From Chiloscyllium plagiosum (taxonomy: Eukaryota), in the NCBI RefSeq assembly GCF_004010195.1, contig NW_025215380.1, positions 108,428-172,427 of the forward strand: 64,000 nucleotides of DNA, read 5' to 3'. The position numbers and the translations under genes are program-made. Positions 49,421-61,244 of this stretch are shown here, one piece after another. How positions within the stretch are numbered: position 1 is the first letter of the stretch; each line of letters begins with the position of its first letter. A model generated the notes under the pieces. That model saw only the letters and a program-made list of their open reading frames with translations, made no database searches and was not told the origin of the DNA.

Positions 49421-50999
49421 GGAAGTTCTGCTCTCTCTGAGGAAATAAAACAACTCAACTCCTGCAGTAAGGAAGTAATCTGTACACACTTTTAAGGAGC
49501 AGAAATCGTGAATAATATCCAGGTTCGGGTTGAGCTCAGCTGGAATTTCTGGCGTAGCGCATAAGTAGAAGCACATCGGGAAATGGGAAAGCAATACCAG
49601 AACAGAGAAAAAAACGTAGAAAAAAAACTTCACAATCTCGGCAGAGAAAGAGGAATCTGGAAACTTTTGTCAGAACCAGAGACAGAATGAAGTAAATCCT
49701 TAGAAACTGAAAGTCCCGTCGTGCTAGGAAATAAAACAGTTCAGTTTTAGTTACAACGCTGAATGTCACTGATATAGTTTGTAAAGAAATACCGAATAAA
49801 CTATCGTTACAATTATTGCGGATGGAACCCGAGGGGGATCAAGGGAAATTGGCAAGAAAAATAAATCGCCTTTTTTGTTGTTCACTCGTGCGGTATCGCT
49901 GGCTGGACATTTTATTATCCGTTCCGAGTTGTCCTTGAGAAGGTGGTAGTGAGCTGCTTTCTTGTGAAGTAATTTTATGATCATTGTGGAACAGATAAAA
50001 TACATTCTAAAAGGAAGCCAGCAATTTAAACAAATCCCAAATTAACTAACTTCGTATCAGTGATTGGAATACTAGAGGATTTTGTTCTGAAGCGAAAATC
50101 AGCATGTCAAATAAATTCTGTGAAGTAACTTTATGATCGCTGTGGAACACAAAATAGTAGTTTGCTAAATTAAGTTGAGCAAATCCTAAATAAACCATAT
50201 TCCTGATCTGGAGAGAAAACAAACTTTCCGTTTCGAGTCTAGTGAACCTTCAGCGATTTCAGCTGATTTCTCCCGCAATTTGCGATGTTTCAGATCTCCA
50301 GCACCCGCAGATCTGCTTTGTATTACATTTGTGATCAGAGTGGACGACCAGACAATTATTGCATTGTAAGGGAAATCAGCAATTTAAAGAAATTCTGTGT
50401 CAAGTTTACCTTACGATATCTTATGGCAATCGTGGAATATATTAAAATAGTAAATAAAACTAGAAAATGGCGGAGAAACGCAACAGGTCTGGCGGCATCT
50501 GTGGAAGCAAGCAGAGTCAATGTTTTGAGTCTGGTCTGTCTCTTCCTACAAATAGTATATTGGGAGTAAAGAATTGTCAGCCAAGTTAAATCAATCCCCA
50601 GATAAACTCATTCTACGATATGTTGTGAGCATCACTTATGATTTTCTAAAAGGGAGATGGACAAGTCAAATAAATAAATCCCATGTGGAATGGCTGTGCT
50701 GCTGGGGCAAAATGAGATTGTGTTACGTGGTTCAGAGAAGGGACTGAGCTGATATAAAACTACTGAAGATCTGAAACAAAAACAGAAATGGCTGGACAAT
50801 CACAGCAGACCCGGCAGCATCTGTGGAGAGAAATCACTTAACGATTCGTTTCGAGTGACCCTTCCTCACCTCTGCCAGACCTGCGAAGCCGATCCAACAA
50901 TTTGCTTTTGTTTCCGGTATTCAGCATCCGCATTTCTTTCGGGTTTTAAAAAGAAAATCGTAATTTCTCGAGAAACTCTGCCTGGATGTATCAACAGAC

Positions 51000-51645
51000 A
51001 ATAGGTGCAGGAGGAGGCCATTCTGCCCTTCGAGCCTGCACCACCATTCACTATGATCATGGCTGATCATCCTCAATCAGTATCCTGTTCCTGCCTTATC
51101 CCCATAACCCTTGATTCCATTGTCCTTAAGAGCTCTATCCATCTCTGTCTTGAAAGTATCCAGAGACTTGGCCTCCACTGCCCTCTGGGGCAGAGCATTC
51201 CACACAGCCACCTCATCTCTGTCCTAAATGGTCTACCCCGTATTTTTAAGCTGTGTCCTCTGGTTCAGGACTCACTCATCAGCAGAAACATGGTTCCTGC
51301 CTCCAGAGTATCCAATCCTTTAATAATCTTATATGTCTCAATCATATCCCCTCTCAGTCTTCTAAACTCAAGCGTATACAAGCCCAGTCGCTCCAATCTT
51401 TCAGTGTAAGGTAATCCTGCCATTCCAGGAATTGACCTCATGAACCTACGCTGCACTCCCTCAATAGCCAGAATGCCTTTCCTCAAATTTGGAGACCAGA
51501 ACTGCACCACAGTATTCCAGGTGTGGTCTCACCAGGGCCCTGTACAGCTGCAGAAGAACCTTCCTGTTCTTGCCACCAAAGTGGATAACCATACATTTAT
51601 CCACATTAAACTGCATCTGCCCACTCACCTAACCTGTCCAGGTTT
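51000..51645 (-). mobile_element. CR1-type LINE 3' fragment
   Basis: VQFWSPNLRK..EGVQRRF..LERLGLYTLEFRRLRGDMIETYKI. Confidence 0.88.
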
Positions 51646-51972
51646 CTACCGTACTGTTGTTAGAATAGACTCACAAACTCACCTGTATCTGTGTTTTATT
51701 GTTGCTCCTGTTTACCTATTATTTACTGTCTATGCTACTTAACTCTGTGATCTGCCTGTATTACTCGCAAGACAAAGCATTACATGCGACAATAAATCCA
51801 ATTCAATCCTGAGCAACTCTGGCGGCTGCACCTGTTAAAGAGAGAAAACAGGAGTTACAAGTTTCCAGTCCAGGGATGCTTCTCCAGGATTTCACTGCGC
51901 TGTGATTCCCTGTGGAAAATAAAGCTCAAATGGTGGGTGTGATCCAGCTGTTCTTTCTGGACGCGGTATGGT

Positions 51973-51988
51973 GGCTCTGAAAAGAGCC
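51973..51988 (-). terminator. Histone 3' stem-loop (H1-D)
   Basis: Minus strand AAAC-GGCTCTTTTCAGAGCC-ACCA, HDE-like AGAAAGAA downstream. Confidence 0.96.
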
Positions 51989-52084
51989 GTTTGTGCAGGA
52001 GAAACGGGGAGAGAGAGAGCGAAGTGTGAGGCGGCAGAGGGGCTCCGTCCTCTTCCCCCGGAAACAAATAGCTGAGCGGGCGTT

Positions 52085-53098
52085 TCAGTATCTCCTCTGG
52101 CGGACGCCCAGCTTCTTGCCCCGGGATACCCGCGGCTTCCCGCGGGAGCCGCCGTACCCGGGCACCCTCCGGCCGCGGTGACGGGCCGCCGGCCTGTACT
52201 TGCCGTAGAGCCGGGCCGGCCTCCGGGCGGGAGACGGGTAGTAGTAGTAATAGTAGGTGGCCACGGAGGGAGAAAGGCTGGAGCTGGTCTTCAGGCGGAC
52301 GCTCTTGGCCCGACCCCGGCGGCCGGTGGCGGTGACGCGCGGTTTGCGGCGGCCTCTTCTCCCCCCGTCGCGGCGGGAGCGGGCTCGCTGCTGCTGGCGG
52401 CGGCGGACAGTCCGGACGGTCACCTTCCGACCCTTGGAACCTGCTCCCGTCCAAGTCCCTCCTCCGGCGGCGCCCACGGTGTCTCTGCGCCGGGTGGACT
52501 TCTTCCGGAGGCGGGCCGGTGGCGACCTCCGGGAGACGGGGTTTTGGTGCCGGCGTTTGACCGCCCCACGTTTCTTCTTGGCTTTGTCCTTGTCCTTGTC
52601 CTTCTTTAAGCCGCTGCTGCCGCCGCCTGCACCTCCGACACCGACGGCGGAGCGGTTGAAGCGGAACGAGCCCGAGGCGCCGATGCCCGCCGTCTGCACC
52701 AAGGAGCCGTTACGGACCAGGTTCTTCACCGTCTGGTTGACCCGCGTGTTGTTGCGGCTCACGTCGTAGCCCTTGGCCGAGAGAGCCTTCTTGAGGGCGG
52801 CCAGCGAGATGCCCCGCCGCTCTTTGGTGGCGGCGGCGACCTGCAGGATCTGCTCGGCTATGGTGAGCTCCTTCTTCTTGCGGCGCTGCGGACAGCGGGG
52901 CTGGGGCTGCTGCTGTTGTTGCAGATTCTGCTGCTGCGTCTGGTTCAACTGCTGCGGTTGTTGCTGCTGCTGCTGGGTTTGCTGCTTCTTCTTCTTACCC
53001 GCCCCCTTCTCGGCGCCTGCTCGAGGGTGCGAGCCGGGCGGCCTCCCCCCTCCACCCGAGTCCCCGGCATCGTCCACCTTCCGGCTGCCGTCGGCCAT
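52085..53098 (-). CDS. H1: H1-family / protamine-like protein D (337 aa): poly-Gln N-tail, winged helix, long Arg/Gly/Tyr C-tail
   Basis: ATG at 53098 (GGCATGG); IAEQILQVAAATKERRGISLAALKKALSAKGYDVSRNNTRV..LVRNGSLVQTAGIGASGSFRFN; stem-loop downstream. Confidence 0.95.
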   Translation of the reverse strand: MADGSRKVDDAGDSGGGGRPPGSHPRAGAEKGAGKKKKQQTQQQQQQPQQLNQTQQQNLQQQQQPQPRCPQRRKKKELTIAEQILQVAAATKERRGISLAALKKALSAKGYDVSRNNTRVNQTVKNLVRNGSLVQTAGIGASGSFRFNRSAVGVGGAGGGSSGLKKDKDKDKAKKKRGAVKRRHQNPVSRRSPPARLRKKSTRRRDTVGAAGGGTWTGAGSKGRKVTVRTVRRRQQQRARSRRDGGRRGRRKPRVTATGRRGRAKSVRLKTSSSLSPSVATYYYYYYPSPARRPARLYGKYRPAARHRGRRVPGYGGSRGKPRVSRGKKLGVRQRRY

Positions 53099-53312
53099 GC
53101 CTTCCTCCACCCCGGCCCGCCAAAGCTGGTGGTCGTTGTTGTTTTCCTCTTCAGTCTCGTATCTTCAATGTTGAGTTTTCTTCCAACGCACGCAAATTTT
53201 CAAATTTAAAATGATGGAGAGCAACACCGAAGCGATGAAGGGGGAAATGCAAATCTCCCACTGACCAGCCCAACGACGGTCAAGAAAAGCCCCTGCAGGT
53301 TCGGAACCGCCG

Positions 53313-53331
53313 CTTTTATAAGGCGGGGGCG
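53313..53331 (-). promoter_or_regulatory. GC box + TATA box of H1-D
   Basis: Minus strand CCGCCCCCGCC-TTATAAAAG. Confidence 0.7.
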
Positions 53332-53409
53332 GACGCAGTGGAAGGAGATCCCGCCTTCTTTCTTCTCTTTCCCCCCACCCCCAAGAAGTCTTCCTCCATC
53401 TCTCCATTA

Positions 53410-53602
53410 TTAAAAATCACATAACACCAGGTTTTAGTCCAACAGGTTTAGTTGGAAGCACACTAGCTTTCGGAGCGCCGCTCCTTCATCAGGTGGTTGT
53501 GCAAGATAGTGTGCTTCCAATTAAACCTGTTGGACTCTAACCTGGTCTTATGTGATTTTTAAGTTTGTACACCCCAGTCCAACACCGGCATCTCCAAATC
53601 AT
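53410..53602. mobile_element. Palindromic Penelope-derived mini-element (family A) with intact hammerhead core on minus strand (53461-53495)
   Basis: CAC-CTGATGA-A-GGAGC-GGC-GCTCC-GAAA-GC-TA-GTG. Confidence 0.75.
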
Positions 53603-54167
53603 CTCTCAATTATCGGCTCCTTCTATTATTTTATCACTATCCAGGCTCCGTCCACTTTTTAACTCCCTTTTCTTCCTTCCCTAATCCTCTCCACTTCTTC
53701 GCCCCCCAACCCCCACAACCCCCGACGTCAGGAAACCATTTGGGTCCCGAAGAAGAAACATAACAGACATGAAAAGTTAAAAGCGTGGTGTGCAATTCTC
53801 TCTTTTCTTTTCAGTCTCTTTTTTTTCCCCAGACAGGCGCTGCCCGATGTGTTGAGTTTTCTCCAGCAGCTTTCTGTGTGTCTTTGCAGTGTTGAGCTAA
53901 AAATTGTTTTGAAATGTTGACGCGTTGACCTGGACGCCTATCGCAGTAAAACCGACGGCTGCATCTTCCAAGCCATGCATTTGAAATAGAACACAGGTAG
54001 AAAATTATGCTGTTCATGTCTTAATGTTCATGATTCCTTAAACATTCACTAACTTTGCAAATTAGTGTCCCATAGCTCACTTTCTAGAGGTAGTTTCCAT
54101 TCTCATCTGTTCTGGATTTCATAATAAATTAGATCACTTTCAATCTATAAGTGACGGGGTACAGGTT

Positions 54168-54406
54168 TTAGATTACTTACAGTGTGGAAACAGGCCCTTC
54201 GGCCCAACAAGTCCACACCGACCCGCCGAAGCGCAACCCACCCATACCCCTACATTTACCCCTTACCTAACACTACGGGCAATTTAGCATGGCCAATTCA
54301 CCTGACCTGCACATCTTTGGACTGTGGGAGGAAACCGGAGCATCCGGAGGAAACCCACGCAAACACAGGGAGAATGTGCAAACTCCACACAGTCAGTCGC
54401 CTGAGG
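54168..54406 (-). mobile_element. HE1-type SINE, 5'-truncated
   Basis: Reverse complement of the core and tail. Confidence 0.85.
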
Positions 54407-56078
54407 TATTTTCTTTTCAAGTGTGTCAATATTCAGCAGTGATGTGGAGGTGTCGGTGTTGGACTGGGGTAGACAAAATTAAAAATCTCACAACACCAGG
54501 TTATAGTCCAACGGGGTTATTTGGAAATACAAGCTTTCGGAATGTTGCTACTTCGTTAGGCATACCTGATGGACTACAACCTGGCGTTGTGTGCGTTTTA
54601 ACAATATTCAGCAAGAAGTCGAGATGACATTTATTATTGTGAAAAATAATACTTAAACGAATAATTCAAATAACACTCTCACTGTTACATTCACTGTTTT
54701 ACGTTGCAGCAGCTAACCGCTTAGATACTGTAAATTCGGTTGAAAATCCAAATGCCCAAATTATACCTGATAAATAAAGTCATATACTTTTACGTTAGTA
54801 GTAATTTTATTGAATCATGAAATGTGTGTGTTTACGATCTTGCCCCTACTGTCTGAATGGGGGGGGGGGGCGGGGGGGGGGGGGGGGGGAGGGAGGCTGA
54901 TGCAAATTCTATCATGGCTTTCCAAAGAAAATCGAACATGAGCTCCTTCGAAAAGGTACAATGAAAGGGATGGGAACGAGACCTTCAGAGAAGCAGTACT
55001 CAAACAACAGACCAAAAAGCATTATCTCTTTTTAAAAATTATGTAGTTGGGTGATTCTACAATAAGCGTTCACACTGTTTCTCCACCTGTTTTGTGTAAC
55101 TTCAGGACTCAATCTGTTTCTGTTTCATTTCCCATTCTCTGATATTTTAGATTAGGCTTCTATCCTGGATATCATTGGAATCGGAGAGCGTCAATAATAT
55201 CAAACAGAAATTGAGGGAAGTAAACTTGCAGTGAGGCTACCGGGATTCAGCAGAGGAAGTTGGTCTAAATTGCATTGCGCTGCACAGAAAAGGGTTGGAT
55301 GAGCTGAATGGACTCCTGTTGTGTACATGACTGTATGATTCCACTAGAGTATTGTTGACAATTCTGGGCCCGTTGGGAGAAATTGGAAGACTTCAGAAGG
55401 GCTTTAAACGACTAATTCCAGGAATGAGAAACTTCAGCTATGCTGGCAGATTGGAGAGATTAGGACTGTTCTCCTTGGAGAGAAGAAGGCTGAGAGGAGA
55501 TCTGGACAGAGAGTCCGGACAGATTAGATAAGAGAGAAAGTGCTCATGTTTGTAAAAGAGTCAAGAACAGAATGGTGCAGAAGAGGTTTACAAGATCGGT
55601 TCCTGGAATGCAAAATGAAACGGCATAGGTAATATGCAAACAAACTAAATGTGATGTGAGAAGGATTTTTTTTCTACATAATGACTGATCCGGATTTGGA
55701 ATGCGCTACTTGGAAGTATGCTACAGGCGCGTTCAATCGTGAATTCCAGAATACTATATTTGAAAGAAAACAGTGCGCCGGGTTCCAGCAAGAAAAAAGA
55801 ACAGTAGACTAGCGCTGCTCAGAGAAGAAGTGTTGACGCAATGGACTGAGCAGTCTCCTTCTCCGCTGTAACAACTCTGTGATTTTTTTGTCGTGCTATC
55901 CTATAATAACAAATTGTGCTCTAATGCTTCTCGTGGAAGATGCACTTTATGGTTGACCACTGTATTCGGATATGGTGCACCATTTTATTTGATTCAATTC
56001 TACAATTTTATCTTACAATTCTGTTCTACGATCGCTGAATCTATTCTGTTAGAATTATAACCAGCTGAGAAAAGTAGT

Positions 56079-56412
56079 CGGCACGGTGGCTCAGCGGTTA
56101 GCACTGCTGCCTCCCAGCGCCAGGCACCCAGCCTAGAGCGACTGTCTGTGTGGAGCTCGCACATTCTCCCGGTGTCTGTGTGGATTTCCTCCGTGTGTTC
56201 CGGTTTCCTCCCACAGTCCGGTCAGGTGAATTGGCCATGCTAAATTGCCCGTAGTGTTCAAGGATGCGTAGGTTAGGTGCATTAATCAAAGGGTAAATGT
56301 AGAGTAATCGGGGAATGCGCCTGGTTACTCTTTGGAGGGTCGGTGTAGACTTGCTCGGCCAAATGGTCTGTTTCCATGTCAGGATTGCCTGTAGGGATTC
56401 TATGATTTCTAT
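56079..56412 (+). mobile_element. HE1-type SINE
   Basis: GGCACGGTGGCTCAGCGGTTAGCACTGCTGCCTC head, core, tail. Confidence 0.85.
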
Positions 56413-56941
56413 GAAAACAATAATTTGAATTAGCAGCCCCTAAAGCCCATAATATCCAAATCATAAATGAAAATGTAATTCCTTTATGAGGTTAGACAGA
56501 GGAGTGCTGATGCTCTCCTCCCCAAACCCAGTTCACTCTGACCCGACGGTTCTCTTATTTACGAATCTATTCTGTTTATTTTTTTTTTAAACTTTATTGC
56601 TGGAACAGGCAGCATCCAGGGAACAGGAGATTCGACGTTTCCTGGATGCTGCCTGACCTGCTGTGCTGTTCCAGCAATAAAGTTTCAACTTTGATCTCCA
56701 GCATCTGCAGACCTCACTTTCTCCTGTTTATTTTTTTTAATGATCCTGTGTCCGTTTTGAATCCAGTCCCGTCCAATGACAATCCGGGATTTGATGGACA
56801 GGTCAACGCGCTCTGGATTGGCTCGGCGCGGGAGGTGGGCAGGGCTAGGCATCAGGTTGTCTCTACCCCGTCCGCTCGGGACCTTTATCTGGGGCACGGC
56901 CGCCGCCGCTCCGCCGTTTCCCGCGTCTGCCGCTGAGGGTG

Positions 56942-57516
56942 ATGGCAGATGTGGTTCTGGCTAAAACGCAGATTCTCAGTACTCCCTTGTCTGACTCTAC
57001 CCCCCCACGCCACAAGCGTTTCCGTCGTTCTCACAACTGGCACTAAGAACGCCGCCTGACAAGCGCAGCAAGGAGGCCGCAACTGCTGAGTGGATCCTGA
57101 GGGCGGCAGCTGCCACCAGGGAATGTGAGCTGGCAGCCAAACTGGGGGCCTTGAGGAAAACCGCTGCGGCCGCAGGCCACAAATCGAGGGGCGGTCCCAG
57201 CCGCCTGGACCCGTCATTTAGTACCGTGGCTAACAAGGGCTCCTCTTCGGTGTCCCTGCAGCCCCACCTGACGCTAAAAGGGAGGAGGTGTTGCCGGAGT
57301 AGAGGGGCTGATACCAGTGCCAAGAAAGTGCCGGCAGCCAAGAAAACTGTCCTGAAGGCAGGGCTGCCGGTCAAACCATCCAGGAAAATAACTGCGAAGA
57401 GCCCCCGGAAGAGAGTAAAAGCGGTGGCCAAGGCGGGAAGAGCATCTAGGCGGTTGACAGCGACGGGGTGCAGACCTGGGGGGAAGAAGCGGGCGACTGC
57501 GATGAAGAGAAGATAG
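56942..57516 (+). pseudogene. Frameshifted, degenerate H1-family gene E
   Basis: ATG 56942 (MADVVLAK..) stops after 34 codons. The shifted frame reads TAEWILRAAAATRE..LGALRKTAAAAGH..VANKGS plus an H1-like tail (AKKVPAAKK..AKSPRK). One extra C in the C7 run at 57000-57006 would join them. Confidence 0.75.
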
Positions 57517-57549
57517 AGGCGCAGGACCGGAGACAGTTGAATACAAAAA

Positions 57550-57565
57550 GGCTCTTTTGAGAGCC
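57550..57565 (+). terminator. Histone 3' stem-loop (H1-E)
   Basis: GGCTCTTTTGAGAGCC-ACTCA, HDE-like GAAAGAG at about 57583. Confidence 0.93.
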
Positions 57566-59309
57566 ACTCACGTGTTCAACATGAAAGAGTTTTCACTTTA
57601 CCAGCAAATATCTTATCTATAGCAATTGGGCTGAAAGTAATTGTGTTTTTATGCTGTTCACATACGTGTTTTCTTAAATGGTTTTAAATTTCAATTTGAG
57701 CACCTCAGCAAAAGTGACATACACCATACAAAGACATTGGTGCTTTTTATTTTATAGATTAGTTGTGCCCTGATGCAGGTGCTGAAACGCAAATGTGAAA
57801 TACAACCGACCTGAAAACTGCTGCTTTTCACGTGTTCGATGGGCTGAGTATTGACAGAATTTTTGCTACAGTGCTGCCTGACGTGAAATTATTTACTAAA
57901 GCAGCTCCGTTAAAGGATTTGCACCGTGTGTTTGTTTTAAATTGAATATAGGACAGAGCCAAAACAAACTGGAAAATGCTCAGCAGGTCTGAGCATCTGT
58001 GGAAAGAAAGTCAGAAGATTTGATGGTAGCGAAGAAAATAGGATTGATGAAGGGGTGAAGAGTAAAAGAAAGATGGAGATAGAGCCCAAGGAGCGAGAAG
58101 AATTGGACAAAGGAGTGGATAACAATTAGCCTAGGTGAATGAACAGCTGCCAGTTGGGACTATTAGTGGCTGATAATTATTTTGAGGTGCAGGTGTTAGA
58201 CTGGGGTGTACAAAGTTTTTAAAAAATCACACAACACCAGGTTATAGTCCAACAGGTTTACTTGGAGCCACGAGCTTTCGGAGCGCTGCTACTTCCAATA
58301 GTTTTTATTGAAGACAGAAAGCGGGAAACATCAGGATCAACCAGCGGACGCACCGATGTCGTTCTCCTATTGGTTTAATGTCGCCAAAGTCTTATCCAAT
58401 CAGCATGTGAAGCTTCAGGCCGCTGTGTTCCACGTCAGGCACAGTCGATGCAATTCTCAATCAGCGAGGTTAGAGTGTTCGAGAGGGCGCAGTGAGCAAA
58501 GGTCACAGTCTAAGGCCCTTCTGCCAACGTGTAACAAGGGTCTGTTCAGTTAACAGATCCTCTCTTTGCCTCAAATGTACGCAGTAGTAGGAAATACTTT
58601 TGGTTTAGCTACTGCAGGGAATGTCAAATTCCAATGTTGTTATGTTTTTGATATGCAAAGTCTGTACAGATCTGCTTTAGTGTCTCTGTGTGTATTTTTT
58701 TCGAATAAAGCATATTTTTGCAGTTAAAAAAAATTCAGCTACATCAAAACAGAGGGAGAAAGGCTGGGCTAAGGTAATGACCCAGTCTTCCTGGTCTGCA
58801 AACACAGCAAGGTTTATGCCTCAAAGTGGGGCACAATCTGAAGGGGCAATAGAAAAATCACAATGAGCGGGAAATTTTAGGCTCTTTTCAAGGTTACCCA
58901 TTTCTTTATTCTTAAAAGAGTCAGATAATACTTCTAACTTATTTTTCACAGAGTAGTCCACTGCATTTGAGACATTTGCCTCACAAAGTTTATCGATGCC
59001 CAAAGGATCACTTATAAATCTCTCATACATCTTTTATCTGTATTTGTCTTTCAGGATGAACTTGTTCTGGATTATGCAAATAAACAATGATTTTAAAAAG
59101 GCATTGCCAAAAGCAAGACCTCATTAGTTAGATAGTGGTTGTGTAGGAGAGGAGAGTATCAGAAAAGTAGAAGAGGATTTTGAGGACACTGGATGTAAGA
59201 ACAGAAAGAGGTCACTCAGCCCTTCCAGTCTATTCAACTAGATCCTGCCATTTTCCTGCACTGACCCCACATCCCTTAATACCTAGACATCGATTGATTT
59301 CTGTCTTGA

Positions 59310-60750
59310 GCTTAAGACCATAAGACATAGGAGTGAAAGCAAGGTCATTCATCCCATCGAGTCCACTCTGCCATTTAATCATGGCTGATGGGTGTTTCAA
59401 TTCCACTTACCCGCACTCTCTCCATAGCCCTTAATTCCTTGTGAGATCAAGAATTTATCAATCTCTGCCTTGAAGACACCCAACGTCCTGGCCTTCACTG
59501 CGCTCCGTGGCAATGAATTCCCAGGCCCACCACTCTCTGGATGAAGAAATGTCTCCTCATTTCCGTTCTAAATTGACCCCCTCTAATTTGAAGGCTATGT
59601 CCACGGGTCCTATTCTCCCTGCCTAATGGAAACAACTTCCCAGCTTCCACCCTTTCTAAGCCATGCATTATCTTGTAAGTTTCTATTAGATCTCCCCTCA
59701 ACCTTCTAAACTCTAATGAATACAATCCCAGGATCCTCAGCTGGTCATCGTATGTTAGGCCTAATATTCCAGGGATCATCCATGTGAATCTCCACTGGAC
59801 ACGTTCCAGTGCCAGTATGTCCTTCCTGACGTAGGGCCCAAAATTGGACACAGTATTCTAAATGGGGTCTAACTAGAGCTTTATAAAGATGGATTGAATA
59901 TAAAAGCAGAAGCACATCGCTGCTTTTATATTCAATCCATCTTGAGATAAATGACAACATTACATTTGCTTTCTGAATCATAACTCAACCTGCAAATCAA
60001 CCTTTAGAGAATTCTGTACTAGCACTCCCAGATCCCTTTGTACTTTGGCTTTATGAATTTTCTCACCGTTTAAAGAATAGTCCATGTCTGTTTTCTTTTT
60101 TCCAAAGTGCAAGACCTCACACTTGCTCATGTTGAATTTCATCAGCCATTTCCTGGACCACTCTCCAAAACTGTCTAAATCTTTCTGTAGCCTCCCCACC
60201 TCCTCAGTATACCTGCCTGTCTGCCTAACTTCATATCATCAAGGAACTTCGTCAGAATGCCCCCTGCCCCTTCATCTAGATCATTAATCTATAAAGTGAA
60301 CAGCTGTGGCCCCAACACTGAATCATTCCCCACTTGTCACCAGCTGCCATTTTATCCCAAATCTCTGCCTTCTGTCAGACAGCCAATCCTCAATCCATGC
60401 CAGTAGTTCACCTCAAACACCATGGGCCCTCATCTTACTCAGCAGCCTCCCATGAGGCACGTTATCAAAGTTCTTTTGAAAGTCTAGATATATGACATCC
60501 ACTGGGTTTCCCTGGTCTAACCTACTTGTTACCTCTTCAAAGAATTCTAACACGTTTGTCAGGCATGACCTCCCATGCTGACTTGATCTAATCTGACCCT
60601 GCACTTCCAAGAATTTAGAAATTTCATCCTTAACGATGGATTCTAGATATTTACCTACAACCAAGGTTAGGCTGATCGGCCTAGAATTTTCCATCTTTTG
60701 TCTTGATTCTTTCTTGAACAAAGGGGTTACAACAGCAATTTTCCAATCAT
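59310..60750 (-). mobile_element. CR1-type LINE ORF2 3' portion (decayed)
   Basis: DDWKIAVVTPLFKK, RSCLTNVLEFFEEVT, YLDFQKNFDNVPHGRL, QRDLGVLV, RPHLEYCVQFW. Confidence 0.92.
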
Positions 60751-61244
60751 CTATCATCACAGCCATTTGATACTACATAGGTAGACCACCTTCTAAATGC
60801 AGATATACGTCCTCATTTCTGTCTTTAAAAGCTTCCTACGTATTCTGAGACTCTGTCTCCTGGAGCTAGATCCCAAGAGTAACAACATCTGCATCCACCC
60901 TATGTGTCCTGAATGAACTTTCTTCATTTCAATCAGATTCTGCAGAATTCAAATCCACTTTCCTCAATCATCCCCATAAGGCACTCCTATCATCCAAGGG
61001 TTTAATCTGACCATCCTCTGTGTTCTCATATAAGTAAATCCTTTACATAATACTCCAGGTCAGGTCTCATCAACCTCTGTACAACTGCAACAACTTACAC
61101 CTATAACCAAATCCTCTTGTAATAAATGCAGACTTACCATCTGTGTTCCCAACTGCTTGCTCCACCTTCATTGTAGCATTTTGTGACTCATGGTCAATGA
61201 CTTGTAAATTCCTTTGGATATCAATACTTGCCAATTTCTCACCA

